Counted from the first letter of the stretch, positions 37,272 through 52,704 are shown. The stretch: DNA of 64,000 nt from Eledone cirrhosa (GCA_964016885.1 OZ024741.1:377766001-377830000); one strand, 5' to 3'. Numbers and translations: made by a program. Notes: generated by a model from the sequence alone, not told the origin.

Positions 37272-39690
37272 TTTGAGTTTATGTTGGTTGTATACCAACA
37301 TCTCAGTATGCAGGTTGGAGCACTCGACGAAGTGCGCAGGTTGGTTTCGTTACTCCGGAGTAGTGTAAAATAAAGTTAAATAAAAGTCAAATGATTAAAA
37401 TTTAGCTTCGTTTATTACTGCTATATATATTTCAGTGACAGCCATCTTTGGCTGTGAACTCTTCAGGCAGTTTGAATTAGTATGGTATAGACAAGTACAT
37501 ATGTTGTTTAGGTGTATGATATTGTCAATACTCTGATATGCCCAGTTCCTTGTTGGGTTGTTAATTCACTGGGGAACTGGAGTCATATGAATTCAAACAA
37601 ACGAATGTTCGTGTCACAGGTCCCCTTCTCCTCTCATTGGTCAGTTATTAGAACATTCCTCATTCTAAGTGTTGTTATTGTTGGAGTTAGCTTAAGAATT
37701 GATAAAATGGTAGAAGGGACAAGGTGTTAAAGGAACAAAATAACAAAAAAAGTGTCAAACTTCCCATTGTTCAGTTCTGAGACCATTTCTCAGTCAGAAG
37801 TCTATAGAATTCTTTCTGGGGTGAGGCTCCCTGTAGTGTTTTTTGCCTGCTATTGTTCAGTACATCTGACCTCCACCATTATTTTGGTACTGTTGTTGTT
37901 GTAGTGGTCAGCTTATATCTTGCTGCTGCTAACAATTTAGAAGTATCCAGTTTGTGTTTTTTACTTCATCCCTCCCGCCACCATCGTAGTGGTGGTGGTG
38001 GTGGGGGGGTATTTCATGTATATGAAGAAATGTAAGGCAATAAATGAAGAAAACAGAAAATAAATAAATAATATAATAAAATGAAATAATAAATATAATT
38101 TGTGTAATTTGAAAATAAATAAATAAATAGAGATTAAAGAATAAAGAGTAAAATAAAGAGTAAAAGCTGGACAGGACCATATACTCTCTGGCCTGGTACA
38201 TAATCAGGAAAGTACCACCCGATAAAGGGGGATCTTGCATATGCAAACTATGCCTGAACGAGACCCTCGAGATACTAAGAGGTGGAAGCGGCCTGATAAA
38301 CCTCAGAACCGACTTCTTCTGGACATGCAGACACCTTAGAGCCGGGACCTTTCTCAAAATATATGGACAGTAGCAACACAAGAAGATGTGAACTCCCCTC
38401 AAGCTATAGGGACTTCTACAGAACATGAAAACACCTCTCGGCCAGACCTCCCTCAAGCTATATGGGCAATAACAACACCCTAGGTTGTGAACTCCCCTCA
38501 AGCCATAAGGAACAACCCAGGCGGAGCAGACACCATGATAGCCTAGAGATAGAATCGGACACAGCCATAATAATTTGGCCAACATCTATAACACAAACAC
38601 TTTTAATTTACCAGATTTCTGACTTTCAAGTTCCAATCTTAAATCTTGATTTCTCTTTATTAATGTGTTATTTGTTTTCTGCCCGCTTCACTGTATCACC
38701 TTATATTTATTTTAAGTTGAGATAGATTATAACACAAACACATTGAATATCTCATCTTAACATCTTGTATCATACCAATCTATCCAACATATTCTGACCT
38801 TGAGATTGGTTATAGCACACACACACACACTTTATCCTACATTATTTCTCACTTCTCCATATACATTATCATTACTTTTTCACCAATCTCTCATTTACTC
38901 TTTATTCTTTATTCTCTATTTATTTATTTATTTTCAAATTACACAAATTATATTAATTATTTTATTTTATTATATTATTTATTTATTTTCTGTTTTCTTC
39001 ATTTATTGCCTTATATTTCTTCATATACATGAAAGAACCACCCCACCCACCCACCACCACCAACACCACTACGATGGTGGCGGGGGATGAAGGAAAAAAC
39101 ACAAACTGGATACTTCTAAATTGTTAGCAGCAGCAAGATATAAGCTGACCACTACAACAAAAACGGTACCAAAATAATGGTGGAGGTCAGATGTACTGAA
39201 CAATAGCAGGCAAAAACACTACAGGGAGCCTCACCCCAGACAGAATTCTATAGACTTCTGACTGAGAAATGGTCTCAGAACTGAACAATGGGAAGTTTGA
39301 CACTTTTTTTGTTATTTTGTTCCTTTAACACCTTGTCCCTTCTACCATTTTATCAATTCTTAAGCTAACTCCAACAATAACATCACTTAGAATGAGGAAT
39401 GTTCTAATAACTGACCAATGAGAGGAGAAGGGGACCTGTGACACGAAAATTCGTTTGTTTGAATTCATATGACTCCAGTTCCCCAGTGAATTAACAACCC
39501 AACAAGGAACTGGGCATATCAGAGTATGGACAATATCATACACCTAAACAACATATGTACTTGTCTATACCATACTAATTCAAACTGCCTGAAGAGGTCA
39601 CAGCCAAAGATGGCTGTCACTGAAATATATATAGCAGTAATAAACGAAGCTAAATTTTAATCATTTGACTTTTATTTAACTTTATTTTAT
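37272..39690 (+). mobile_element. PLE family P2: GIY-YIG C-terminus (38167-38373) and 3' UTR with HHR, preceded by an inverted copy of its 3' end (37272-38163)
   Basis: A + frame not in the ORF track reads YSLAWYIIRKVPPDKGGSCICKLCLNETLEILRGGSGLINLRTDFFWTCRH; arms 37365-38163 and 38893-39690 are near-identical reverse complements. Confidence 0.85.
39584..39638 (+). ncRNA. Type I hammerhead ribozyme (P2); mirror copy at 37417-37471 on -
   Basis: actgc CTGAAGA ggtcacagcca aaga tggctgtcact GAAA tatata TA gcagt. Confidence 0.82.
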
Positions 39691-39733
39691 ATATATATAT
39701 ATAGGTCTGTGTGTGTTTGTGTGTGTGTGTGTA

Positions 39734-39793
<60 letters not shown>

Positions 39794-40197
39794 TGTGTGT
39801 GTGAGTGTGCGTGTGTGTGTATAGCTGTGTATGTATATATACGCTCAATTTAATATGCGTAGCATGGACGTTACTCTGTTAAAACCATTTCTCCGATCGA
39901 CATTTTTGTTTTGACCTGTATAATGTATCGAGCTTAACGCATTTTGGTAGAATATTAGATTACTGTTACACAACTCCATTCTTTTTTATACACATATTAC
40001 CAGTAGAAAGTGCATGCATGAGATTAATATCTGTATAGTTACACGATCAATGTACATACTCTCACACACACGTGGCTGAGTGGTTAGAGAATAGGATTCA
40101 CAATCCTGAGGTTACTCTGGAGTTTCACCTGTTTATCACAGGGTCATCAGAAAAGAATACATGCATATATATATGTGTGTGTGCGTGCCTGTGTTTC

Positions 40198-40244
<47 letters not shown>

Positions 40245-42003
40245 TAGAGAAAGAGAGAGAGAGAGGGGGGAGAGTGAGTGACATCGAGAGACAGAGCGAG
40301 AAAGCGAGAGAGAGTTATCTACATTTAGATCAGGTCAAAAAAATAAAGGGAACTTGTCGAGGAGTTAACATTTTGTCCTCTACTGGGCCGATATAAATAG
40401 TATGTATCATATGGAGACGCACCTCCCCAATATAGGTTTGCATGCTATGGTTCCGTAATGATTACAGCTGCTAACAATATGACAACTGCTATAGCAAGAC
40501 TTTTGCAACGATGTCTTTGTTTCCAATTGTTATAATCTCTGTCGTTATAAGTGAATTTATCATTCTAAGTTTCCCACCCATTTAATTCTGTATAAGTTTT
40601 AAGAAAACAGTGGTTGCTGATTAAAATATTCTAATTTAATCTAACGATATTTGAACGCTACTAAGATTAAATATATTCCAAATCATACTGTCTGCACATA
40701 CTGAAATAAAAACATGAATTAGTTTGCTTTGTGCGAGAATTTATATGCATAGAAATTTAATTATATTGTCAAATATGTTACGTTACACGATTACGTTATA
40801 TATTTGATTGGTAATTTATTTTTAACGAGAAAATATCCATCGATAGATGAAAATAATAAAGTAAGAAGAATTTTGTTGTAGAAGGAAAGGTCTTGCAAGT
40901 AATGGCATATACATCTGAGGAGCTGGACAATTATACAGGATTGTAACATCAGAATAACACAAATGCCTGTCTGTATAGATCAATATATGCTTGTGTACCA
41001 CCAAACGCATCGGAGTATTCAAGCTGCTGTGTTTACCTATCTCTCCCTACGTTACCTATGCACTTATCTCGTGTTCTTACTTTATTCATAGCACTAGGCA
41101 AGGATACAATTATTGATTAACGTGGAATGGGTACAATAACGTTATTTAAGAACACAGTGACTCTCTTTTAAATGTTGTACACAAGATAAATATGAGTACT
41201 TTCTGAACTAAAAATAAACAGATAAACCTTGATATAGAATAATATGTTTAGTGAAATAAACCGTTGGACGGAATTTAAAAAAAAAGCAACACATAAATAT
41301 GAGCCAACCTGGCTCCCTATATTGAAAGTAATATCCACATTATATTGTTTAATAAAACGAATCAAAATATCATCTATGGGAGTACAACAAGAATGACGTT
41401 TACTAACTGTGTAATCGATCAACATTCTTTAATATGGTGACTGTTTAGAAATGTTATATATTAAATAAAATATCATATTAACATCCAAATAAATATTCCA
41501 TATTAAATTAATGGAACACTTTCGAGATTTCGAAATTAATTTAACTTAGTAAATTAGATACAATGATTGTAAGAATATATTGTTTCAAACCATTTAATGA
41601 GAGATTCGATTTAGACATTTTGCTTCATAGTTTCATAATATATATACCCCCAATCATTAATTGTCAAACTCCTTTAGATCAATCGTTCCCGATATTATTT
41701 AACCATAATAGTCTGTCAAATTCAAAGGTAATATTGCGCCAATATCATATATATTTAAACCAGATATATAAATAAAACACAAAAAAAATCAAAACGAGTT
41801 ATATGACTTCGTTGAAAATTCGACATAATTATGTTAGACACATGCGATGTGTAATTCATCTGCAGAAAATATAAGAATGATATATATGATATTAGACCGG
41901 TATTGAATTCTATATAGTTTGTGTTAATATAGTATAGAATTCATTCCTTTAAATAAACGCAAGAACAAAATAAGTGAATTACATTCTCAAATTTATTTAT
42001 AAT

Positions 42004-42530
<527 letters not shown>

Positions 42531-42724
42531 ATAAATTAAAACATCCAATATTGAAAGAAATTATTTCATCCGAGGGATCTTTTGGAAGTACATAAAATAT
42601 TCAATTTAAAATTCCAGAAACATTAGTTAGGGGGATGGCACGGGCGAAAATTCTATTAAACATTCATCTGGCTTGTATTCCCACAGTAGATATTTTGGCA
42701 TTAGTTAAACTATGTTGTATTGTA

Positions 42725-42755
<31 letters not shown>

Positions 42756-42824
42756 ATTTGAAGACTAAAATCCAAAGAGGGTGAAAGCACCGATTCTTTG
42801 CTTAAACTTTAATCTGTTATTTTA

Positions 42825-42886
<62 letters not shown>

Positions 42887-43851
42887 TTTGAAATTTCCAT
42901 TGAAAATTGAAAAAGTAATAGGAGTGCATAGTGTTCTATGTAAGTACCAGAGCAAAATTTTATGTATAATAAACAATACAATATAATTACCTCATTACCA
43001 GAGTTTTCCCGAATAAGACGAATACGAAAAAAGTCCTCATAAGATAAGTGTATGTTTGTTTCGGAGACCGCGAAATGGCACACGGCGGCATTCAACGGTA
43101 CATGGTATGGAATTTTTCTGTATGAGTATGGCATCGCCCAGCACAATTTTATTGTCGTGAAGGCGTATACGCTATATATTATATTTCTCTTAGGAAACAT
43201 ATCAATTTCGGCTCCGGGCCCCCAGAATGAGCATATTTTTATGAACAATATTAACATGCGCAAGTGTGTAGAGTAGATGGTCGAGTAGGAATAGTTGGCT
43301 GATATTTGCAGACGGCATGGTGGTTGCTAATTCATCAGAATATCATCTCCGATATACACTGGCTATGGTTGCGGCCGACTGTTGCAGGGCCGGTATGAAA
43401 AGGAAGGACAAAATGAAGACATAGAGACACACAAAAACCAAACTAACAAATCAAATCAGACACACACAGATAGAACAAACAAAGAACTAGTGACAAGTAA
43501 ATAAACACAAAATATATACTGTAAACACACACACACGGATGTAACGCTTGTGCAAACTAAGCACACCACGCACAACAAAATCAGTGGGGGTCAGTCATGG
43601 CTGACCCCCAATTATTTTATAGACACCTGTTAGCTTAAGAGAAACTTAATAATAAGGACTGGCATGCCATCCTGGACCTGTTTATAGAATTCTTTCTGCC
43701 TTTGTTACTCTAAAAATAAAAATAAACTATAGCTTTGTAGAATTAGCTTTTAATGAATTATATCAACCAATGACCTACATCCCTCCCCCTCCCCACCCTC
43801 TCTTACCACTTGTAGAGACCTATATATACCATACTTATTTTTTGATACCCA

Positions 43852-43900
43852 GATTCCTGATGATTTCTAAAGAATGAAACAGTTCTAGTCCTGTAGAATC
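43852..43900 (+). ncRNA. Type I hammerhead ribozyme in the palindrome spacer
   Basis: gattc CTGATGA tttct aa agaat GAAA cag ttctagtc ctg TA gaatc; followed by A/(TA)n. Confidence 0.75.
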
Positions 43901-43912
43901 ACATCTATATTA

Positions 43913-43955
<43 letters not shown>

Positions 43956-44374
43956 CATACATACATACATACATACATACATACATACATACATACATAC
44001 ATACATAGAATACAACATAGTTTAACTAATGCCAAATTATCTACTGTGGGAATACAAGCCAGATGAATGTTTAATAGAATTTTCGCTCGTGCCATCCCCC
44101 TGACTTCTGTTTCTGGAATTTTAAATTGAATATTTGTTGAACCTCCAAAGAATCCCTCGGATGAAATAATTTCTTTCAATATTGGATGTTTTAATTTTTT
44201 GATGAATTATGATTATCAGTAAGTGTCGGCATGGAGGAGCAATTAACATACGTCCTTATGGTTTCGATTATACTACATTACACATAGGTATAATTTTTGG
44301 CGGCCATAATCTAGGAGTGACTTAGTGGTGTGTTTATACAATTTATATCTATAATTTTAGAAGAACACACACAA

Positions 44375-44464
<90 letters not shown>

Positions 44465-46753
44465 TGCCCTTGCACGAACCCGTGAGTGTGTTTGGTATCT
44501 ACATGGAAGACGTGTTTCTTCTAAATATATAGATATAAAATTGCATAAACACAGCACTAATTGATCCTAGATTATGGCAGCTCAAAATTATACCTATGTG
44601 TAATGTAGTTTAATCGAAACCATAAGCACGTATGTTAATTGCCCATCCATAACGACACTCACTGATAATCATGCTTCATCCATTATAAATAAATTTGAGA
44701 ATCTAATTCACTTATTTTGTCTCTGCGTTTATTTAAAGGAATGAATTCTATACTATATTAACACAAACTATATAGAATTCAATACCGGGCTAATATCATA
44801 TATATCATCGTTATATTTTCTGCAGATGAATTACACATCGCATGTGTCTAACATAATTATATCGAATTTTCAACGAAGTCATATAACTCCTTTTGATTTT
44901 GTTTTGTTTTGTTTATATATCTGGTTTAAATATATATGATATTGGCGCAATATTACCTTTGAATTTGACAGACTATTATGGTTAAATAATATCAGGAACG
45001 ATTGTTCTAAATGAGTTTGACAATTAATGATTGGGGGTATATATATTATGAAACTATGAAGCAAAATGTCTAAATCGAATCTCTCATTAAATGGTTTGAA
45101 ACAATATATATACTTCAATCATTGTATGTAATTTACTAAGTTAAATTAATTTAGAAATCTCGAAAGTTTTCCATTATTTAATATGGAATATTTATTTGGA
45201 TGTTAATATGATATTTTATTTAATATATAACATTTCTAAATAGTCACCATATTAAAGAATGTTGATCGATTACACAGTTAGTAAACGTCATTCTTGCTGT
45301 ACTCCCATAGATGATATTTTGATTCGTTTTATTAAACAATATAATGTGGATATATACTTTCAATATAGGGAGCCAGGTTGGCTCATATTTATGTGTTGCT
45401 TTTTTTTTAAATTCCGTCCAACGGTTTATTTCACTAAACATATTATTCTATATCAAGGTTTATCTGTTTATTTTTAGTTCAGAAAGTGCTCATATTTATC
45501 TTGTGTACAACATTTAAAAGAGAGTCACTGTGTTCTTAAATAACGTTATTGTACCCATTCCACGTTAATCAATAATTGTATCCTTGCCTAGTGCTATGAA
45601 TAAAGTAAGAACACGAGATAAGTGCATAGGTAACGTAGCGAGAGATAGGTAAACACAGCAGCTTGAATACTCCGATGCGTTTGGTGGTACACAGGCATAT
45701 ATTGATCTAAACAGACAGGCATTTGTGTTATTCTGATGTTACAATCCTGTATAATTGTCCAGCTCCTCAGATGTATATGCCATTACTTGCACGACCTTTC
45801 CTTCTACAACAAAATTCTTCTTACTTTATTATTTTCATCTATCGATGGATATTTTCTCGTTAAAAATAAATTACCAATCAAATATATAACGTAATCGTGT
45901 AACGTAACATATTTGACAATATAATTAAATTTCTATGCATATAAATTCTCGCACAAAGCAAACTAATTCATGTTTTTATTTCAGTATGTGCAGACAGTAT
46001 GATTTGGAATATATTTAATCTTAGTAGCGTTCAAATATCGTTAGATTAAATTAGAATATTTTAATCAGCAACCACTGTTTTCTTAAAACTTATACAGAAT
46101 TAAATGGGTGGGAAAATTAGAATGATAAATTCCCTTATAACGTCAGAGATTATAACAATTGGAAACAAAGACATTTTTGCAAAAATCTTGCTATAGCAGT
46201 TGTCATATGGTTAGCAGCTGTAATCAATACGGAACCATAGCATGCAAACCTATATTGGGGAGGTGCGTCTCCATATGATACATACCATTTATATCGGCCC
46301 AGTAGAGGACAACATGTTAACTCCTCGACAAATTCCCTGTATTTATTTGACCTGATCTAAATGTAGATCTAAATGTAGATAACTCTCTCTCGCTTTCTTT
46401 CTCTCTCTCTCGCTGTCGCTCTATTCCCCACCCCCTGTCTCTCTCGCTCACACACAAACACACAAGCACGCACACTCACATATATATATGCATGATTATT
46501 TTCTGATGTCCCTGTGATAATGTACATTGATCGTGTAACTATACAGATATTAATCTCATGCATGCACTTTCTACTGGTAATATGTGTATAAAAAAGAATG
46601 GAGTTGTGTAACAGTAATGTAATATTCTACCAAAATGCGTTAAGCTCGACACATTATACAGGTCAAAACAAGCATGTCAATCGGAGAAATGGTTTTAACA
46701 GAGTAACGACCATGCTACTCATATTAAATTTAGCGTATATATATATACACACC

Positions 46754-46894
<141 letters not shown>

Positions 46895-46910
46895 TATATA
46901 TATATATATA

Positions 46911-46984
<74 letters not shown>

Positions 46985-47430
46985 TATATATATACACTAT
47001 ATATAGATATACAGCGTCATAATGTAGTAATGCAGACAGCCAGACATACATACTGATATTATAAGGGCGCAAAGTTATATCTATGTATCTATGTAAAAAG
47101 AAAGACTAAGAATTATAAAGAGAGATCGATGAATCGCCTAATGCGGTCCCTAGTGCATTGGAAATTTGAAATAATTTTTGCTGAAAAACACTCACAGGAC
47201 AATATGTGTTACATGTGTAAAGTTTGAAAACAATCGGTTGGGTGGCAATCGAGATTTAGGGAATCAGAGAGACAGACAGACATTCGATTTTTCCTCTTCC
47301 TGTTATATCAAGCCTTAACCTTATATATAACTTCCATATACTGTACCAATTGTGTTGTTATTTCCGTTTACCTTTTACACCCACACCCATACACCCCCCA
47401 GACACACATACACCCACACACAGACGCACA

Positions 47431-47477
<47 letters not shown>

Positions 47478-47494
47478 CTATATATATTTATATA

Positions 47495-48003
47495 CTAGGC
47501 AATGAATCGCTGCTTTCACCCTTAACGGGATCTTCTGAAACTAAATTAATCGATCTGTGAACGCAGAAGTAAATATTTCGAAAGATGTTGCCAGCAAAAA
47601 AAGACAGGAAGACGATATTGTGGTTCGTGGAGAGGTTCCCTGGCAAAGAACGGAAACAATGAATAGAATACGTCATTATTTGGAGCGGTGAGAACACGCA
47701 AAGACAAAACCACGTTTATGGTATAAATGAAGTCGTAGACTAACATTCTGTTTACGAAACCGAATGATTCTCGGCTTCAGAGTTAGGACATATGTAAATA
47801 AATTACAGAGGTTCTTGCAATAAACAATAATTAAATATATGCATGCACGCATCCATACACGTACATACACATGCATACGCGAAAACACCCGCTATGGGTA
47901 TGCAAATACAGGCACGAGAACAAAAACACGCACACAGATACAAAACCCACGTAACGCCTGTACACGCACACATACAAACGTATACACCAAATACACATAA
48001 ACG

Positions 48004-48037
<34 letters not shown>

Positions 48038-51000
48038 ACAAAGGAATTGTGGTAAGGAACCAGATGGACCATAATGCACTAGAGTACTCAATACTTAGGG
48101 TAGTAGAGTGGGAAATAGGAAAAAAGTATGACCCCGACGGCAGAGCTCAAGCCGTTTCGATTGCTATTTCTGGACTGATTTAGTCCAGAAATATATATTT
48201 TCCTATATATATATATATAAATATATGCGTGTATGTGTGTGCGTGTATACATATAATTATATAAACGTATATAAATATACAAAAATAAATACGCATATAA
48301 CGCTCGCACGCACATGCCTACGTGTAAATACACATATGTTCGCTAAACGTAGATCAAGCCAAACACAATGTACACATATACACACACCCTACATACGTGC
48401 AAACCCGCATACACACTCATATGCAAAACTCATATATACACATAACTATATACCAGTATATATAATATATACGCCAATAACAAATACAAGCAAATATACG
48501 TACGAGAATGTAACACGTACCTTAACAAAACATACAGATAATATATACTTACCTATACAAATAAGTAATGGTACAAACCTAAAATATACTTAGCTACTAC
48601 ATCAAGACGTCAATTATCCTCGTATAGTACGTACTATCCGTTAGGGTACAATGCAGGAAAGTGTTGTGCAATTTATGTTTACAGGCCAAGATTGCCTCAA
48701 GTTTTTTGTCTAAAATGTGGTCATTGGCATATTGTATTTCCAGGGTATCAGTGGTGCAGAGATCACGTGGTCTTCTATTTCTGTTATACGATCTGTCCTA
48801 AGCTAGGATCTCCCAGTGTAACCTATATTGAGTGTGGTTGTATTTTAGACTCCAGATAGAATCTGAAAGGGAACTGATATTCCTCCTTAAAGGGTTAAGA
48901 AAAGAATGGGTATGGATGTAAAGACGGTGCTTGAATCTATTTGCCCTTAACCATATGTAGGCTCTACGGGACGTGGGTGTTTCAACCTTACATTTGTAGA
49001 CAATGTTACTAGAGAGGCATTTCCCGGATAGGGGACATTCAACCGGATTCCTACAATTACAGTTAGTACTAGCTACAGGGATGCACGTGTTCCTACGGCT
49101 AGGTAATTTTGCTAAATTTGATGCAGTGACGTTATGTACAGGGTTAGGAGTCGTAGAGTAAGACATTTTAAGGGGATTTCTATTAAAAATGTTATTATAT
49201 TTATGTACTGGGGGGGAAATGCTTCATAATAAGGGAGAGAAAGATCTTAGCTAATGGTGTGGCCACCACCATATTATATGGTTGGTTATACCATATAATG
49301 CGTCGGGGTCTATATTCCTAGGTCTATGCTCATACTCTGTATATGCTACCTTATCGACAAATCTACTCCGAACATTGTAATATGTGGAATGGTCGGTGAA
49401 AATATGCTCGTTTGTAGATAGACTGGGAATCCTCAAAGAAACGTTTCCTACCAGGTTCTTAATTATGCTGGCAGGATGGTTAGAATGCTAACTAATGTAA
49501 TTAAGCGTATCATTCGGCTTGCTATACGCGCTGTACAAGCCAGTCGACAAATTGAGGGTAACGTCGATGTAATTAACGACCGATATATTGGACTCAACCT
49601 GTCTGGAGAGGTTGAAGCCTTTAAAGAAGGCTGTGAGTTCTTTTCTTTACCTGTCGCAAGCGGGTGGGCCGCACCTTGTCATAGTAAAAAGACCGTCATC
49701 ACGGTACAAACCAACGCCCACGTTGAGGAAATTCTCCCTTGATAGAGAAAAGAAGGAAAAGGCCGATATTGATTAGTAACCTCCGCAGAATTGCTGGCGC
49801 CCATGCTCACGTCGAATGGGATACTATCAGATTTGTTTATCCAAATAGAGTCGTCGAAATAAATCACCGACTTACGGGCATTGAGGATGACATCAACTTC
49901 GAAATCCTTAACCACCGTGAGCGTTTTTGCGAAATTGATAGCTCTAAGAAGACGTGATAAAGTGATGGAGGAGTAGTAATTCTTGATGTCGAATTGGATA
50001 AAACGGCAATGTTCCTTGTTGCATAAGCCGTTGAACCAATCAATCACCGCGAAAGAATTGTTCCACAGTGCAAAAGGGACCAAGCTTCTAATTTCAGGTA
50101 TAATTCTATCTAAAATCCTTTTACTAAGTCTACCTGAATCGGACTTTCGGCTTATTAACTCTACGAAGTCCGATTTAGGTAGATTTAATAAAAGGGTTTT
50201 AGATATAATTATACCTGAAATAAAAGACAAACACACCCAATATAGGTTACACTGGGAGATCCTAGCTAAAGGCTAGATCGTATAACGGATATAAAAGACC
50301 ATGTGACCTCTGCGCCACTGAAGCCCTGGAACTATTCTACGCCAATGACCACATCTTAAACAAAAAAACCTGAGGCAATTTCGGCTTGGAAACATAAATT
50401 GCACAAAACATTCCTGTATTACAGCCCCACATTATACCCCAACGGATAGTACGTACTATACGCGGATGATTTACGTCTTGATGTGGTAGCAAAGTATATT
50501 TTATATTTATACCATTACTTATTTGTATAGGTAAGTATATATTACATGTATGTTTTCGGAAGGTACGTATACTTTCTCGTACGTATATTTGCTTGTATTT
50601 GTTATTGGCGTATATATTATATTATATATACTGGTACATGTGTATATGGTTATGTGTATACGTGAGTTTTGCGTTTGAGTGTTTATGCGGGTTTGCACGT
50701 GCGTAGGTTGTGTGTATATGTATACTTTGTGTTTTGGTTGACGTAGCTTAGAGAACAAATGCGTATTTACATGTAGGTATGCGAGTGCGAACGTTATATG
50801 CGTATTTATGTGTGTATATTTATATACGTTTATATAATTATATGTATACACGCACACACACACGCATATATATACATTTTTTACATATGTTTTATGTGTA
50901 TTTTGTTTATACATTCGTATGCGGGTACAGGCGTTGCGTGGGTTTTTGTATGTGTGCGCGTGTTTTTGTGCACGTGCCTGTATTTGCATACCCATATCGG

Positions 51001-51600
51001 GTGTTTTCGCGTATGCATGTGTATGTACGTGTATGGATGCGTGCATGTATATATTTAATTATTGTTGATTTCAATGACCTCTGTAATTTATTTACATTAT
51101 TATTAACTCTGAAGCCGAGAATCATTCGGTTTCCTAAATAGAATCTTAGTCTACGACTATTTTTCTCAATCGCACCACATAACGACGTATTATCTTCATT
51201 TTTTCCGTTCATTGCCAGGGAATGTCTCCACGAATCCCCTAATAGAATAATAGTCTACGACTTCATTTATACCATAAACGTGGTTTTATTTTTGTGTGTT
51301 CTCAACGCTCCAAATAATGACGTATTATCTTCGTTTTGTTCCGTTCATTGCCAGAGAACGTCTCCACGAATGAAAGTATCGCCTTCCTGTCTTCCTTCGG
51401 TCGCAACGTTTTTCGAAATATTTATTCTGCATTCAAAAATTGATTGTTTTAGTTTCAGAAGATCCCGTTAAGGGTGAAAGCAGGAAATCTTTGCTTAAAC
51501 TTTAATCTGTTATTTTAATAAATATTTGCTCTATGGTTCTTATATATTTATCCTTATCGAGCCCTTTTTGGATTTTAGTCTTCAAATTTATTATTATTAT
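47495..51600 (-). mobile_element. PLE family P3: RT + GIY-YIG on - (~48740-50215), ~1.3-kb 3' tail (47495-48740), and an inverted copy of the 3' part (50221-51600)
   Basis: PKSDFVELISRKSDSGRLSKRILD, FIQFDIKNYYSSI, FDVSMGA, LYRDDG, NYIDVTLNL, CNCRNPVECPLSGKCLSSNIVYKC, RAYIWLRANRFKHRL. Confidence 0.9.
51451..51501 (+). ncRNA. Hammerhead-like motif of P3 with CAGAAGA (U4A) core; other copies at 47496-47542(-), 36677-36727, 58278-58327 and 35858-35901
   Basis: agttt CAGAAGA tccc gttaa gggt GAAA gcag gaaatct ttgc TT aaact; distal stem I extension gatt/aatc. Confidence 0.65.
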
Positions 51601-51606
51601 TAATAT

Positions 51607-51785
51607 TGGGAGTGATTGTAGCAGGCGGACGCCATGCTTTGGCGCATAGAGTTCGGCCCTTGCCATTCTGTGTTCAAATATCGCCGAGGTTAACTTTGCC
51701 TTTCACCCTTACGGGGTCGATAAAATAAAGTACCGTTAATGTACTGGGTAATTGCTGGCCTTGTGCCAAAAACAGAAACAATTAT

Positions 51786-51788
<3 letters not shown>
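51607..51788 (+). mobile_element. tRNA-derived SINE
   Basis: Aligns to 26338-26520; B-box-like gtgttcaaat; sits downstream of (ATT)n. Confidence 0.85.
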
Positions 51789-51820
<32 letters not shown>

Positions 51821-52208
51821 AAGACAGTTTTTGCATTTGCCGTGATCCCAATTTAAGAGCGACTAAAATATATCTTGTCTAACTCATAAAATCGTCTCCC
51901 TACCATTGTTTCAAGAATAAAAGATACGATATAGTAGCCTTTTCAAATCAAGGAAAGAACCAATAATGGAAGGAATTAATCTATCGTCAGGGGAGATTTC
52001 TTTTGAACAACAGGAGTAATCGATAATTAAGAATACACACTATTTAATTGTCGAAACTGCATGGTGCCCAACACCATGATTGGGAGAAGATTATATGAGT
52101 TAGGCTAACTTATTTTAGTTGCTCTGATTTATTACTTCCATAAATTGAGAGTTTGCGAAAGTTTAATGTTAAATTATACATACATACACATACACACACA
52201 CATACACA

Positions 52209-52266
<58 letters not shown>

Positions 52267-52704
52267 TGCACACATATATATATAATTATATATATATATT
52301 TCTCATATATTTTTCCTTTGTTCTCACCATGGTTCCCCACTCTCTCTAACACATATCACCCCGCTCTAATTGTCTCTCTCACTACCTTTCTCTTGCCTCT
52401 TTACTCACTGAAAATCCACCTATCCCTTGGTATTTTGTCTCTCAGTCTTAGTAAGTAGTAGACATCGTTATTTTTTTCATTTTCGCAACTCACAATATCA
52501 TGTTGAAAGTCAAAATCTTCAAATTTATTGATTCTATTATCCGTGTTTACATGTTGCTCATTTTGCATAACAACAGTGTCAACTATTTATTTATTTCCCG
52601 AAATTTTTAGGTATCCATTTCAGCGTTTGCTGAAAAACACACAGAACCTTTACTGCCCACTCTGTGTATTTTCTGCCTTCACGGGCATCTTATTAGCCAC
52701 CATA

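Noticed and set aside
37929-38585. 218-aa minus-strand ORF with a signal-peptide-like start and Cys repeats
   Set aside because: It is antisense to a PLE GIY-YIG C-terminus and its 3' UTR repeats, and runs into AT-rich repeat sequence
40071-40116. tRNA-like stretch gtggctgagtggttagagaataggattcacaatcctgaggtt
   Set aside because: Only an A-box/anticodon-arm-like remnant with no T-arm or acceptor stem; likely a SINE head fragment, not a tRNA gene
40325-40525. Minus-strand frame with hydrophobic stretch (KSLAIAVVILLAAVIITEP)
   Set aside because: In-frame stop directly after it in both palindrome arms, no start or splice support, no recognisable family
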